From Armatimonadota bacterium (lineage in GTDB: Bacteria; Armatimonadota; Armatimonadia; Armatimonadales; Armatimonadaceae), in NCBI GenBank assembly GCA_043754515.1, contig JAYUUO010000033.1, forward strand, positions 1 to 57,440: 57,440 nucleotides of DNA, read 5' to 3'. The notes below the pieces were generated by a model that was given only the letters and a program-made list of their open reading frames with translations, searched no databases and was not told where the DNA came from. The position numbers and the translations under genes were made by a program. Positions 12,146 through 21,861 of the stretch are shown here, one piece after another (the first letter of the stretch is position 1; each line of letters starts with the position of its first letter).

Positions 12146-14329
12146 ATGCAGACGATGGCGCGGGACGTGGTCATGGCACTCGGACAGGCGGTCGTCGGCG
12201 GCCTACTGGTCGCCGTGTTCGCGTTCGCCGCCTGCCGCCTGCTCCGTAGGTTGACCGCGCCCGTACGCTTCGTGATCTGGTGGCTCGTCGGCGCGAAGTT
12301 CCTGGTCGTACTCGCGTTCGCGCTCCTCGGCGTCACCGCCCTGCGCATCCCCGTCCTCAAAGCGGAGCACTACTACCGGCTGACGGGGCTTGCACGAAAC
12401 ACCGTCGCGCGGGCGGGCCGGCTCGCGCCCGTGCCGCCCGCCCCAGTCCCCGCCGAGGCGTCCGGTGACGTGCCTTTTTCGCCGTCCCCGCAGCCAGCGA
12501 AACACGTCGCCACCTTCACGGGCGCGGTGGGCGTGTCATCCATACATAGTATCATCGAGCGGGTCATGGCACCCTGGTACCTGCCCCTCCTCGCGCTCTA
12601 CGGGTTCGGCGTCGCCGTCTCACTCGCGCGGAGCTTGCGAGGGACGGCCACAATGCGCCGCCTGATTCGCGAGTCTGAGGTCTGCGAGCACGCGGCAACG
12701 CTGGCGGAGGCGCATGCAATGGCGTGGAAGATCGGCGTCCGCCGCGAGCTGGCGCTGAGTGTCTCGATGCGCTCGTCGGTTCCATTCGTGATCGGCACCT
12801 GGTGCCCCCGAATAGTGCTCCCCGCCGCGTTCCTAGCCGAACGCCCAGAGGCACGGCGGATGGTACTGGCGCACGAGATCGCGCATATCCGGCGCGGCGA
12901 TATTCTTCTGGAATCGGTGCCGTTCCTGCTCCGCGCCCTGTTCTGGTTTCTGCCCCCCGCCTACGCGATCGCGGGCGAGATCGCGGCGGCACGGGAGGAA
13001 GCGTGCGACATCCTCGCCGTGAAAGCGTCCGACACGCCGCCGGCCGTGTACGCCTCGGTGCTGATCTCCGTCGCCGAGCGCGCCCGCGTCCCGGTGCCCG
13101 CCCTCGCTATGGCGTCGCCCTGCTCACCCGGGTACCGGCAGATCAAACGCCGGTTGCGCACCCTGTCCATGGAAGCCTCCTCGAGTCCCGTGCCGCTCGT
13201 CTGGCGCGGGGTAGCGGCCGCCCTCGTCACCGCGCAGTGCGCGGCAACACTGCTACCTCTACGCCCAGTGCTCGCCCGCGCGGCGGAGGCGGCACGTACT
13301 GTCCTCCCCGCCCCCGGTCTGCCCATCTATACCGTCACCGATCTCGGCACCCTGGGCGGTAGGGAAAGCGACGCGGTCGGGATCAACGACGCGGGTCAGG
13401 TGGTCGGCACCGCGCACGTTTTCCCACTCGGCACCCGTGGGCACGCCTTCCTATGGGATGGGCACCCGCGCGATCTGACGGCGGGCTCCGTCTACCGGCA
13501 CTCGCGTGCGGTCGCTATCGCCGGTAACAGCGCGGTCGTGGGCTTCGCCTACCGGACGTCGTACCGGAGCGGCCAGCAGAACGCCTTCGTCTGGAAAGGG
13601 AAGCGGCGCATTTACTTGCCGCCCGCCTCCGGCTTCCGCTACGCGCGGGCCGTGGGGGTCGCGGATTCTGGCGCGGTGGTCGGTGCCTCGCTCGGCGGGG
13701 GGAGCGACCCGCGCGGGGCGACGGTCGCCCGCGCGACCTTGTGGCAGGACAACCGGACGTGGGATCTCGGCACGCTCGGGGGGGCGTATAGCGCGGCACT
13801 CGCGGTGAATGCGTCCGGTATCGTGGTCGGGAAAGCAGACTTGCCGGACGACGCGGGCGGCAGCCGCCGCACCCGCCCGTTCGTCTGGAACTCGGGCGAG
13901 GGCGGCATGCGTGATCTGGGCACGCTGGGCGGCGACTCCGGCGCGGCATGTGCTGTGAGCCAAAGCGGCGTGGTGGTCGGCTACGCGCAGACGGGCACAG
14001 GGGCGGTTCACGCCTTCGCCACGACCGCGCGGGGGGGCGAGACGCCACGCGACCTGGGTGTGCTAGCGGGCTATGAGCGCGGTGCCGCCTTCGCGGTGAA
14101 CGACGGGGGCGCGATAGTCGGCGAGGCGTCGGGCGCGGGCGGGACGCGCCGCGCCGTGCTGTGGGTAAGCCTCCGCTCCGCGCCGGTGGACTTGAACGAG
14201 TGCCTGGTGCCGTCGGAAAAGGCCGTCTGGGTTCTGGAGACGGCGCGCGGCATTAACGGAAGCGGGAGTATTGTCGGCCAGGGCGTTGTCGGGGGTAAGC
14301 GGCACGCCGTTCTCCTGACTCCGAAGTGA
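12146..14329 (+). CDS. BlaR1-type M56 metallopeptidase fused to HAF-family extracellular repeats
   Basis: N-terminal TMs, LAHEIAHIRRGD (HExxH), REEACD; repeated DLGTLGG...A.AVN..G.VVG...HAF. Confidence 0.88.
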   Translation: MQTMARDVVMALGQAVVGGLLVAVFAFAACRLLRRLTAPVRFVIWWLVGAKFLVVLAFALLGVTALRIPVLKAEHYYRLTGLARNTVARAGRLAPVPPAPVPAEASGDVPFSPSPQPAKHVATFTGAVGVSSIHSIIERVMAPWYLPLLALYGFGVAVSLARSLRGTATMRRLIRESEVCEHAATLAEAHAMAWKIGVRRELALSVSMRSSVPFVIGTWCPRIVLPAAFLAERPEARRMVLAHEIAHIRRGDILLESVPFLLRALFWFLPPAYAIAGEIAAAREEACDILAVKASDTPPAVYASVLISVAERARVPVPALAMASPCSPGYRQIKRRLRTLSMEASSSPVPLVWRGVAAALVTAQCAATLLPLRPVLARAAEAARTVLPAPGLPIYTVTDLGTLGGRESDAVGINDAGQVVGTAHVFPLGTRGHAFLWDGHPRDLTAGSVYRHSRAVAIAGNSAVVGFAYRTSYRSGQQNAFVWKGKRRIYLPPASGFRYARAVGVADSGAVVGASLGGGSDPRGATVARATLWQDNRTWDLGTLGGAYSAALAVNASGIVVGKADLPDDAGGSRRTRPFVWNSGEGGMRDLGTLGGDSGAACAVSQSGVVVGYAQTGTGAVHAFATTARGGETPRDLGVLAGYERGAAFAVNDGGAIVGEASGAGGTRRAVLWVSLRSAPVDLNECLVPSEKAVWVLETARGINGSGSIVGQGVVGGKRHAVLLTPK

Positions 14330-14531
14330 CACGTGTGAAAAAATACCCACCCGCCCCGCCCGCCTACGGGCAGGAATACACGCCGTGGTAGGATAATCAT
14401 TGACGGGGAGACGAAACCGGCCATCCGCGTCCGGGTCCGCTCGCCCCCCAATTATTCTCACGCCCGCGCTTTTGGATGCGCCGCGCCCCGGCTGATCGCG
14501 CATCAGGACGGGATTTAGGACCGATACACTT

Positions 14532-16058
14532 ATGCCTATGCCGTTTCTACACCGCTACTTCCCCTCCTCCCCCGGAGAAGGATCGGTAGAACGCTTGATT
14601 GATAACGAGTACCAACTGGAGCGCGTCGCGGCCGGAGACGCGGATGACGCCCCGCTCGACGAGTACCTGCGCTTCCTCCACGATACCGGGCGAGCGATCT
14701 CGGTCGAGAGCCTGGCCCCGTTGAGCGGCAAGGACAAGGCGGGAGCGGCGGCCGCCCTTCGGGCAGTGCTGACCGCCCCCGCCCCGGTCGGGACCGCCGC
14801 GTTCTCGCCCGCCGACACGGTAGCGGACGACCGCGCCGCGCACCTTGGCCGACTGCGCGAGCGCGGCGCGCAAGTCGAGCAGGTTTTAAGTAACCCGACG
14901 TTCGCGGGCGGCGAGTCGCAACTCCTGATAGAAGCCGCCCGCGCCCTGAAGAACGGGATGGTATCCGAAGGCCGCGATCAGCAGGAAGAGTTCAAGGATG
15001 CCATCGGGTTGTTCCGCGAGGCGCGGGAAGGTGCCATCGGCAACCGGAACTACATCGTCTGGTTCCAGATCGGATGGGTCCTTTGGAAGCAGGGCGCGGA
15101 GCCGGCAGAGGCGGAGGAAGCCTTCTACCAGGCGTACCGACTCAGTTCGGCGACGCAGGACGTTTTCTACTACCTGAGCCAGCGGCACCGCGCCTACCTC
15201 CAGTTTTTGCAGAACAAACCCGCCGAAGCCTACGACACCATTCAGCGGGCGGTGTTGCTCTACGAATCCGACCCGGACATACTGATGGACGCCGCCCGGT
15301 ACGCCGCCGCCGCCGGGAAGAGTGACGACGCATGCCGGTTCGCGCGCGAACTACTAGGTGCCGAGCCGAGTCAGGGACTCACCCTGTTCGCCGAGACGGC
15401 GTTCGCGCCGGTGTTACCCCTGATCACCGAAGCGGTCTGGCAGGTGTTCGAGCAGGGGGAGCGGCGAGCCGCCGCCGCGGTCGCCCGCCTCGGGACCGCC
15501 CAGACGGATCTTCAGACGGTCTCCGAACGCTCCGGGTTCGTGGTCGCCCCTCCGCCCGAGATGATCGCGGGGGTCGAGGACGCCCGCTCCCTGCTCAAGC
15601 GACACGCCACCGCGCTCTCCTACCCATGGGCACTCGGGGTAGTGCGTACCGCGACTGACCAGGCGAACGCTCTCTACGACTACGCGCGGAAGGCACTGGA
15701 GGACGAGAACGCGGCGATAGATCAACGGCTGGTCCGCCCGCGCCGCCAGATCGAGCGGCTACTCTCGGAACAGAAACGCTGGAAAGAAGACGCCGCCAAA
15801 GTGGTGCGCGCTGCCAAGCAGTCCAAGATTGACCTTTCCTCGCCACCTAGACGTAGTATTTTCGGACGCTACAACCCGGAACACGCGACGCTATACGAGA
15901 ACTACCAAACCGCGCGGGGTCAGATGGAGATAAACGCCCGCGCGGTAAAGGATGAGTTGCCGACTCACGAAGCCGACATCGCGCATGGCGAGGACGTACG
16001 GAGGCGTATCGCGGAGACCATCGCGTGGCTTGAGGAGAGACAGAGAGTGACCATCTGA
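14532..16058 (+). CDS. hypothetical TPR-like/coiled-coil protein
   Basis: Ala-rich helical repeats (WFQIGWVLW..AEEAFYQA; AEAYDTIQRA); C-terminal coiled coil. Confidence 0.6.
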   Translation: MPMPFLHRYFPSSPGEGSVERLIDNEYQLERVAAGDADDAPLDEYLRFLHDTGRAISVESLAPLSGKDKAGAAAALRAVLTAPAPVGTAAFSPADTVADDRAAHLGRLRERGAQVEQVLSNPTFAGGESQLLIEAARALKNGMVSEGRDQQEEFKDAIGLFREAREGAIGNRNYIVWFQIGWVLWKQGAEPAEAEEAFYQAYRLSSATQDVFYYLSQRHRAYLQFLQNKPAEAYDTIQRAVLLYESDPDILMDAARYAAAAGKSDDACRFARELLGAEPSQGLTLFAETAFAPVLPLITEAVWQVFEQGERRAAAAVARLGTAQTDLQTVSERSGFVVAPPPEMIAGVEDARSLLKRHATALSYPWALGVVRTATDQANALYDYARKALEDENAAIDQRLVRPRRQIERLLSEQKRWKEDAAKVVRAAKQSKIDLSSPPRRSIFGRYNPEHATLYENYQTARGQMEINARAVKDELPTHEADIAHGEDVRRRIAETIAWLEERQRVTI

Positions 16059-16149
16059 TCCGGTAAATGTCGCCTTTTGCCGACCGGCGGGCGAAACGAC
16101 AGGCGGCGCGGCTTTACAAAAACCTGTCCCCCCGCGATACAATAATCGT

Positions 16150-16920
16150 ATGAACGTCAAGCCAATTTCCGACGCGGCGACCGGCGACAGCCGCTCCCGC
16201 TTCGCCTATCACAACGAGATCGAGCCGGTCGAGGGCGGGGTGCGCCCGGTCCCCGAAGCGCGGGACGGGGACGCAGCCCCCGCGAAGAGCGAGCGCAAAG
16301 GCGGCCGGAGCGCGCACGGCACCGCGCCCACCGCCGGGATGAGCGGCGTTCCCGCGCCCGGCGACCGGCTACTCGATATTTCCGAAATCGCCCGCACCGT
16401 CGGGCAATTTTATAAACACCGGTTCTCAGTTACGCGCCGCCCCGGCGATGAGATTGACACTGCGGAGCCGATCACGGGCGAGGTAAATTTGACAAACACC
16501 GGGGATGCCCTAATCCTGCGCGGGCACGCGAAGACAGTGCTTTCCATAGAATGCGCCCGATGTCTGCGCCCGGTTCTGGAGCCAGTCGAAACCGACCTTG
16601 AGGAGGATTTCGATCTGGTCGCGGAGAACTCCGCGTGGCAGTCCGCCGACGATGTGCGGGCGGTGGACGACGACGAGACAGGCGCGGTGATCAAGGGCAA
16701 CATCCTCGACCTCGGCGATCTGCTCCGCCAGTACATCATCCTCGCGGCACCGACGCGCGCCGAATGCCATGACATGTGTGACGAGATCGTACTCCCCGAA
16801 GGCGTGGAACTCAAGCGGGTGGATGAGGTCGCCGCGCCCCCCACGTCCGTGCTGGATTCGCCCCTGAAGCGGCTCGCCGAGTTGATCGCGGCGAAAGAGC
16901 AGCGCGAAAGCGGCGAGTAG
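16150..16920 (+). CDS. yceD: YceD/DUF177 family protein with N-terminal extension
   Basis: ECARCL.PV; ILDLGDLLRQYIILAAP; SPLKRL tail; TACAAT 6 nt upstream of ATG. Confidence 0.85.
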   Translation: MNVKPISDAATGDSRSRFAYHNEIEPVEGGVRPVPEARDGDAAPAKSERKGGRSAHGTAPTAGMSGVPAPGDRLLDISEIARTVGQFYKHRFSVTRRPGDEIDTAEPITGEVNLTNTGDALILRGHAKTVLSIECARCLRPVLEPVETDLEEDFDLVAENSAWQSADDVRAVDDDETGAVIKGNILDLGDLLRQYIILAAPTRAECHDMCDEIVLPEGVELKRVDEVAAPPTSVLDSPLKRLAELIAAKEQRESGE

Positions 16921-16954
16921 TAGCATCCCTGTCGGCTCGCCTTCGCCCCACGCT

Positions 16955-16984
16955 TTGACGCGGGGGACGCGCGTGTGGTATACT
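16955..16984 (+). promoter_or_regulatory. sigma70 promoter with extended -10
   Basis: TTGACG (16955-60), 18 bp, TGg-TATACT (16979-84); TSS predicted ~16991. Confidence 0.8.
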
Positions 16985-16990
16985 CAACCC

Positions 16991-17460
16991 AGAACCGGTA
17001 GGGGGAACCGTTCGCGGCTCCTCCCAACCCCGGTTCACGGATTTTTCCGCGATCTTCCGAGGTTCGCATGAGAGACCCATTCCGTAGGCTGATTCGCTTC
17101 GTAAAAAAGGCAGCAAGGAACGGCGTGGGGACGGACCGAAGTAGCGCGGATGGCTCGCACATTGCTGTGGGGGCACGCCGGGAAATGTTCCCGCCGGTCG
17201 GGCGCGAGAGCGCGTGACAGACGAGGTGCCGGACACAATGTTGGATGGACGCGCCCGCGATCGCCGACTAACCCAAAGGTTAGCGGCACCAGCGCGGTAC
17301 GCCGTCGAGAGAGGGCGTTCGCGCCCCGTCCGTGAGAGGCCGTTTCGCACCTGTTTTGTCACGTTCAACGCCGCCCGTACAGGTTTGTTGCCTGAAAAGC
17401 ACGACCCGCGGCTAGACGACCGTCCCCGACGCGCCCCCCCCGAACAGATACGGATCAGGA
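16991..17460 (+). ncRNA. unassigned large structured RNA / 5' leader
   Basis: More than 10 mutually compatible nested helices found by hand, with UUCG and GAGA tetraloops and G-U pairs that work only on the + strand; no convincing ORF. Confidence 0.65.
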
Positions 17461-17470
17461 GTTTTTACCC

Positions 17471-20400
17471 ATGCGTCGTCGGCCAACCGCCGCCCCCTTC
17501 CTAGATACCGTGGATACCGCGCTCGCGGATACCACGGATGCCCGAATAGAGTCGCGTACGAGCGGCTCCGAAACGAACGAATCGCCAGCGGGCGAAACGT
17601 CCGATGCGAACACCGCCCCCGCCGAAGCCACGGCGGCGGGTGCCCGACCGCGCCGCCCCCGGCGGACGAAAGCGCAGATAGCGGCGGAGGCTACGGAAAC
17701 CACCGACGCCCCTCCCGTCGCGCAAATGATCGCCCCCGAGCAGGACGCCACGCCCGAGGAGACGCCGGACGCCTCTCCTAAACGCGGGCGACGCCCGCGC
17801 AAACCAGCCGCCCAACCAGAGCCGGAACCGGTATCCGTCGAGGCTGTCGAGCCGATAGCCGACCCGCGGGAGCAGACGGACGAGGCCGCGCCGGAGTTGA
17901 TATTACCGGGTTTGGAACCGGACACGCGCCCCGACTCGCCCGGAGGGCCCGAGGCGATGATCGCCGGTGAGACTACCGCCGACGCGGACGCGGCGGCAAT
18001 TGGCGTCGAAGACGCACTCGACCCCGCGCTCGGTGATCTGCTCTCCGAGAGCGAAGCCATACTCGGAGAGGTACTCGGCGAAACCACGTCCGGCGACCGC
18101 GCGCCCCGTAGCAAGCGTAATAATCGGCGCGGGCGCGGGCGGGACCGTAGCGCGCCGGACGCCGCGCCGAACCTGGCTACGCCCCAGTCGGGCAGTGGGC
18201 CGCTACGAAAACGAGGCCCACGCGTTCTAGCACGAACCATGCCCCTGCCGATACTCACCCCGACGGGCGAAATGGAGCCAGAGACGTTGCTATTGCAGCC
18301 GACCGTACCCGGTCGGAAGCGCGGCATCCGGACTGTTCGCTCCACGCGGCGCATCCTTACCCTTGACGGGATCACCGTGGTATCTCTGGCGCAAGCCGAC
18401 ACCCTGCTCGGTAGCGTCTCCTTCATACCCGGAGCGGCGGGTGTTCCCGATCCCGCGTTCTCCGAGTTGCCGCTGTCCGTGGTGCCGGTAGCCGAATACG
18501 ATCCCCTCCCCGCCGATCAGCTCGAGCGGTTGCCGCTCGTAGCCGTCGCGCCGCAGAACGGCATGCCGGTGCTGTCCGTGAACGGCGTCGCGACCCTGCC
18601 CGCGTTTCTATTCGTCAACACCGAGGTCGCCGACGAGCCGGAAGTCGCCCGCGAAATCGCCATCCGCCAGATCAAACGTGCTTACGAGGCCGGGGTGCGC
18701 CTGTTCACCCTGCCCGCGCATCTCCCCTGGAAGCGCAAAGCCGGTGACCGCCGCTACGACTCACTCGACGCCGTGCTCAGCCTGGTCGCGGAATCCGCGC
18801 CGGACGCACTGGTGTTGCCCCGCCTGATATTCTCCCCGCTCGCCTCCTGGGAGCGAGCGAACCCGGACGAGATCGCCGCCTACGCGAGCGGCGAAACGGG
18901 CGATGTGTCCATCGGGAGCGAGCTGTTCTGGGGCGGGGAGGCGAAGGACGCTCTCCGCGCCGCCATCGAGCATTTAGCACAGAGCGAGCATGCCGCTCAT
19001 GTCCTGGGCGTATACCTGGAGCACGGCGAGTGGTTCCAGTCGAAGGGTGTCGGCGCGGACTGTTCTCCCGCTAACACGAACGCTTTCCGCTCCTGGCTTA
19101 AGACACACTACCGCAACAGCGAGGTGGCCTTGCGCGCGGCATGGTACGACGGCGCGGTGACCTTCGATACGGCGGAGATCCCGTCCGCCGAGATGTTCAC
19201 CCAACTAGCGACCGTGAACGCCGCGCAACCGGTCTTTCTCGGGGACCGGGAACGGCGGGCAGGCGACTTCTACGCTTACACCAGTGACATCACGGCCCAG
19301 AGGATCCTGAGACTCGCCTCCGCCGCGAAAGAGGCCAGCGGCGGGCGGCTCGCCGTCGCCGCCTCGTACGGCTACACGCTAGAGATCGCGCGGCCGAATT
19401 GCGGGCACTACGCGCTCGCCCAGGTGCTCGCCTCCCCGGACGTTGACATACTGACCGCGCCGTTCTCCTACACCGGTCGGTTGCCCGGCGGCTCGGCCCC
19501 GCTCCCCGTGCCCGTGGACTCGGTCCACTTGAGCGGGAAGTTATTCGTCGCCGAGGACGACGCGAAGACGCACCTCGCGCTCCGACCGACCGAGGACGCC
19601 TATAACCCGAAGATCGCCACCGACGACGGAACCCGTTCCGTGCATGCGCGCAACGTCGGAACCGTGATCGCGAAGGGTTGCGGAATCTCCTGGATGGATC
19701 TCTGGGGCGAGGGGTGGCTTGATGACGACGCGACGTGGCAACACCTCGGCGGTCTCGTCCGCCTCATGGCTACCATGGCCGACATGCGCCGCGCCGCGCC
19801 GACGCCCGTGCCCGCCCCGCATGTCGCGGTGTTCATTGACGAGCGGTCGTTCTTCGACATGCGCGGCGACGAGGAACCGGCGATCCTGCCGCAACTGATC
19901 GGCCGACACCGCGACGTGTTCGCGCGGGCCGGGGCGTCTGTCGGCTTCTACCTGCTCTCCGATCTGCTCAAGCCGGAGTTCCCCGAGTCGCCGCGCCTGT
20001 TCATTTTTCTGAACGCGTTCCACCTGCCGGTAGCCATTCGCACGGCATTGCAGAACCGGTGGCAGGATAACGGGCGGACATTCGCCTGGTTATTCGCGCC
20101 GGGTGCCTGCGAGTCGGGTAACATTGCTGAGCTTGGCGAGACCATTGGCATCCAGTTGCGCCTCCAACCCTGGGGATCCCGCACGGGAACCGTGGTCACG
20201 GAAGGGCGGTTCCCGCTCACCGAGAACGCAAAGGGGGAGCGGTTCGGCGAAGAGAAGCGCGTCAACCCGTCGTTCACCGTGGTAGACCCGAAGGCGCAGA
20301 TTCTGGGCGAGTATACGACTAGTGGGAGTCCTTCCCTCGCCTACCGGAAACATCCGCGCTGGCAATCGGTGTTCGTCGGGGAGCGGGATCTACCGCTCCC

Positions 20401-21712
20401 GCTGGTGCGCGGCCTGTACCGGCTCGCGGACGTTCCTGTGGTAACGACCGACGATGACACGCTCCAGATCGCGGGCGACGGCTTCGTCGCGGTTCATTCG
20501 GCGCAGAGCGGGGGGATGACGCTCTACAGCCCAACCCGCGCGGAAGCCGCCGTCTACGACGCGGTGACCGGCGAACTGCTGGCCGGGGTCGGCTTCGGGG
20601 CACGCGCCGAAACAGTGGCGCGGGCCACGCGTCTGCTGATATGGGCACCGCAAGAGGAGATCACCGCCCGCTTCGCGGTCACGCCCGAGTTATGGGAGGG
20701 GGCACCGCCCGCGCTAACGGGAGACGAACTGCCGGTCATCGCGAAGGCGTTCGTGTTCGAGGCGGGTACCTCCGCGCCGCCCGGACCGCGTCCGGCGGGG
20801 GTTCCCGCCACCGCGCCGCAACCCACGCGCCTCTACCCGGTGGAGCTTTCGGTGTCCGCCGAGGACATCGCGCAGTTCGAGGCGGCGCTGTCCGGCGAGA
20901 TCGCGCTCCTCGATAAGGATATGGAAACGACCGCCGAGGCCGAAGCCAGCCAGAAGAAGCGGCGGCGGCGGCGACGCCGTGGCGGGCGTGCCGAGGACGG
21001 TGTCACGGACGAGTCCACGGGGAATGAGGGCGTAGACGATGAGGAAGGGACCGCCGCGACCGATAACGACGCGGTGGACGTGGTGTTCGATATAGCCGAA
21101 GTGGCGCGTGGCGCACGGATGTTCGACGTTCTGTTGCCGCTCGACGCGGGCACGGAAGACGGTGGAGAAGAGGATGCCGCGGACGATCCCCGGTTCGCGG
21201 CGGCGGACGCGGCACCTACCGATCCGGCGGCGGATTTCATGGCGCGGCTCTTCTCGCTACAGACCTTACCTGTCGAGGAGCAGATCACGGGTGGCGAAGG
21301 GGATGCGGTCCGCCGTCTGTCGCTTGACGAGCTACTGCCCTTCTCGCAAACGCCGGACGAGCCGACTGACCCGTCGCGCTTCGACTTCGAGGAGCGGCCA
21401 CTCGAAGCGGACGGCTACACGCAGGTCCGGCTAGAGTCGGGCGACGGGCAGCCGGACGACGGGGCAGAAGCCGAGGCGGTTGGGGAAGACTCCGAACCGG
21501 AGTTGCCGGTCGGACTGCTCATGGGTAGCGGGCGCGGACGACGAACGCGCCCCGCGGGGGCCGGCGGGTTCACGACCCGGCTACGCCGCCGCGCCGAACG
21601 CTCGCCCGCCGAAGGCGGCGCGGACGCGGACGGCGCGGGAGATGGCGCGACGGCGGCGGTGTCGCCCGCCGACAATAGTTCGGATCCGGAAGCGGGTTCG
21701 GCAGGCGGCTAG
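17471..21712 (+). CDS. large GH42/beta-galactosidase-like protein with long disordered N- and C-terminal regions
   Basis: AGGAG RBS at 17457-61; core motifs GEWF, AFRSWLKTHY..AAW..VTFDTAEIP, LFVAEDDAKTH; low-complexity acidic and Arg-rich termini. Confidence 0.7.
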   Translation: MRRRPTAAPFLDTVDTALADTTDARIESRTSGSETNESPAGETSDANTAPAEATAAGARPRRPRRTKAQIAAEATETTDAPPVAQMIAPEQDATPEETPDASPKRGRRPRKPAAQPEPEPVSVEAVEPIADPREQTDEAAPELILPGLEPDTRPDSPGGPEAMIAGETTADADAAAIGVEDALDPALGDLLSESEAILGEVLGETTSGDRAPRSKRNNRRGRGRDRSAPDAAPNLATPQSGSGPLRKRGPRVLARTMPLPILTPTGEMEPETLLLQPTVPGRKRGIRTVRSTRRILTLDGITVVSLAQADTLLGSVSFIPGAAGVPDPAFSELPLSVVPVAEYDPLPADQLERLPLVAVAPQNGMPVLSVNGVATLPAFLFVNTEVADEPEVAREIAIRQIKRAYEAGVRLFTLPAHLPWKRKAGDRRYDSLDAVLSLVAESAPDALVLPRLIFSPLASWERANPDEIAAYASGETGDVSIGSELFWGGEAKDALRAAIEHLAQSEHAAHVLGVYLEHGEWFQSKGVGADCSPANTNAFRSWLKTHYRNSEVALRAAWYDGAVTFDTAEIPSAEMFTQLATVNAAQPVFLGDRERRAGDFYAYTSDITAQRILRLASAAKEASGGRLAVAASYGYTLEIARPNCGHYALAQVLASPDVDILTAPFSYTGRLPGGSAPLPVPVDSVHLSGKLFVAEDDAKTHLALRPTEDAYNPKIATDDGTRSVHARNVGTVIAKGCGISWMDLWGEGWLDDDATWQHLGGLVRLMATMADMRRAAPTPVPAPHVAVFIDERSFFDMRGDEEPAILPQLIGRHRDVFARAGASVGFYLLSDLLKPEFPESPRLFIFLNAFHLPVAIRTALQNRWQDNGRTFAWLFAPGACESGNIAELGETIGIQLRLQPWGSRTGTVVTEGRFPLTENAKGERFGEEKRVNPSFTVVDPKAQILGEYTTSGSPSLAYRKHPRWQSVFVGERDLPLPLVRGLYRLADVPVVTTDDDTLQIAGDGFVAVHSAQSGGMTLYSPTRAEAAVYDAVTGELLAGVGFGARAETVARATRLLIWAPQEEITARFAVTPELWEGAPPALTGDELPVIAKAFVFEAGTSAPPGPRPAGVPATAPQPTRLYPVELSVSAEDIAQFEAALSGEIALLDKDMETTAEAEASQKKRRRRRRRGGRAEDGVTDESTGNEGVDDEEGTAATDNDAVDVVFDIAEVARGARMFDVLLPLDAGTEDGGEEDAADDPRFAAADAAPTDPAADFMARLFSLQTLPVEEQITGGEGDAVRRLSLDELLPFSQTPDEPTDPSRFDFEERPLEADGYTQVRLESGDGQPDDGAEAEAVGEDSEPELPVGLLMGSGRGRRTRPAGAGGFTTRLRRRAERSPAEGGADADGAGDGATAAVSPADNSSDPEAGSAGG

Positions 21713-21743
21713 CGCAGGGTCGGGCGGGGGGCGCGAAAAAACC

Positions 21744-21773
21744 TTGCGAACCCCCGCCCCTACGCGGTATGCT
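21744..21773 (+). promoter_or_regulatory. promoter for tRNA-Val
   Basis: TTGCGA, 18 bp, TATGCT just upstream of the tRNA. Confidence 0.55.
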
Positions 21774-21789
21774 GAACGGGCGGTATTTC

Positions 21790-21861
21790 GGTCGGTTGGC
21801 TCAGTGGTAGAGCACTGCCTTCACACGGCAGGGGTCACAAGTTCGAATCTTGTACCGACCA
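21790..21861 (+). tRNA. tRNA-Val(CAC), CCA not encoded
   Basis: Acceptor GGTCGGT/ACCGACC; D arm GCTC/GAGC; anticodon arm CTGCC-TTCACAC-GGCAG; T arm ACAAG-TTCGAAT-CTTGT. Confidence 0.97.

Noticed and set aside
17069..17300. T-box riboswitch (AGAGA, GCTGA, AGTA and GGCACC-like motifs)
   Set aside because: The antiterminator needs UGGN-ACC but the sequence has CGGCACC; no terminator; the downstream gene is not amino-acid related
16991..17460. RNase P RNA, tmRNA or group II intron
   Set aside because: No GAGGAAAGUCC / AACCCGGCUUA, no tRNA-Ala-like ends and no domain V hairpin on either strand
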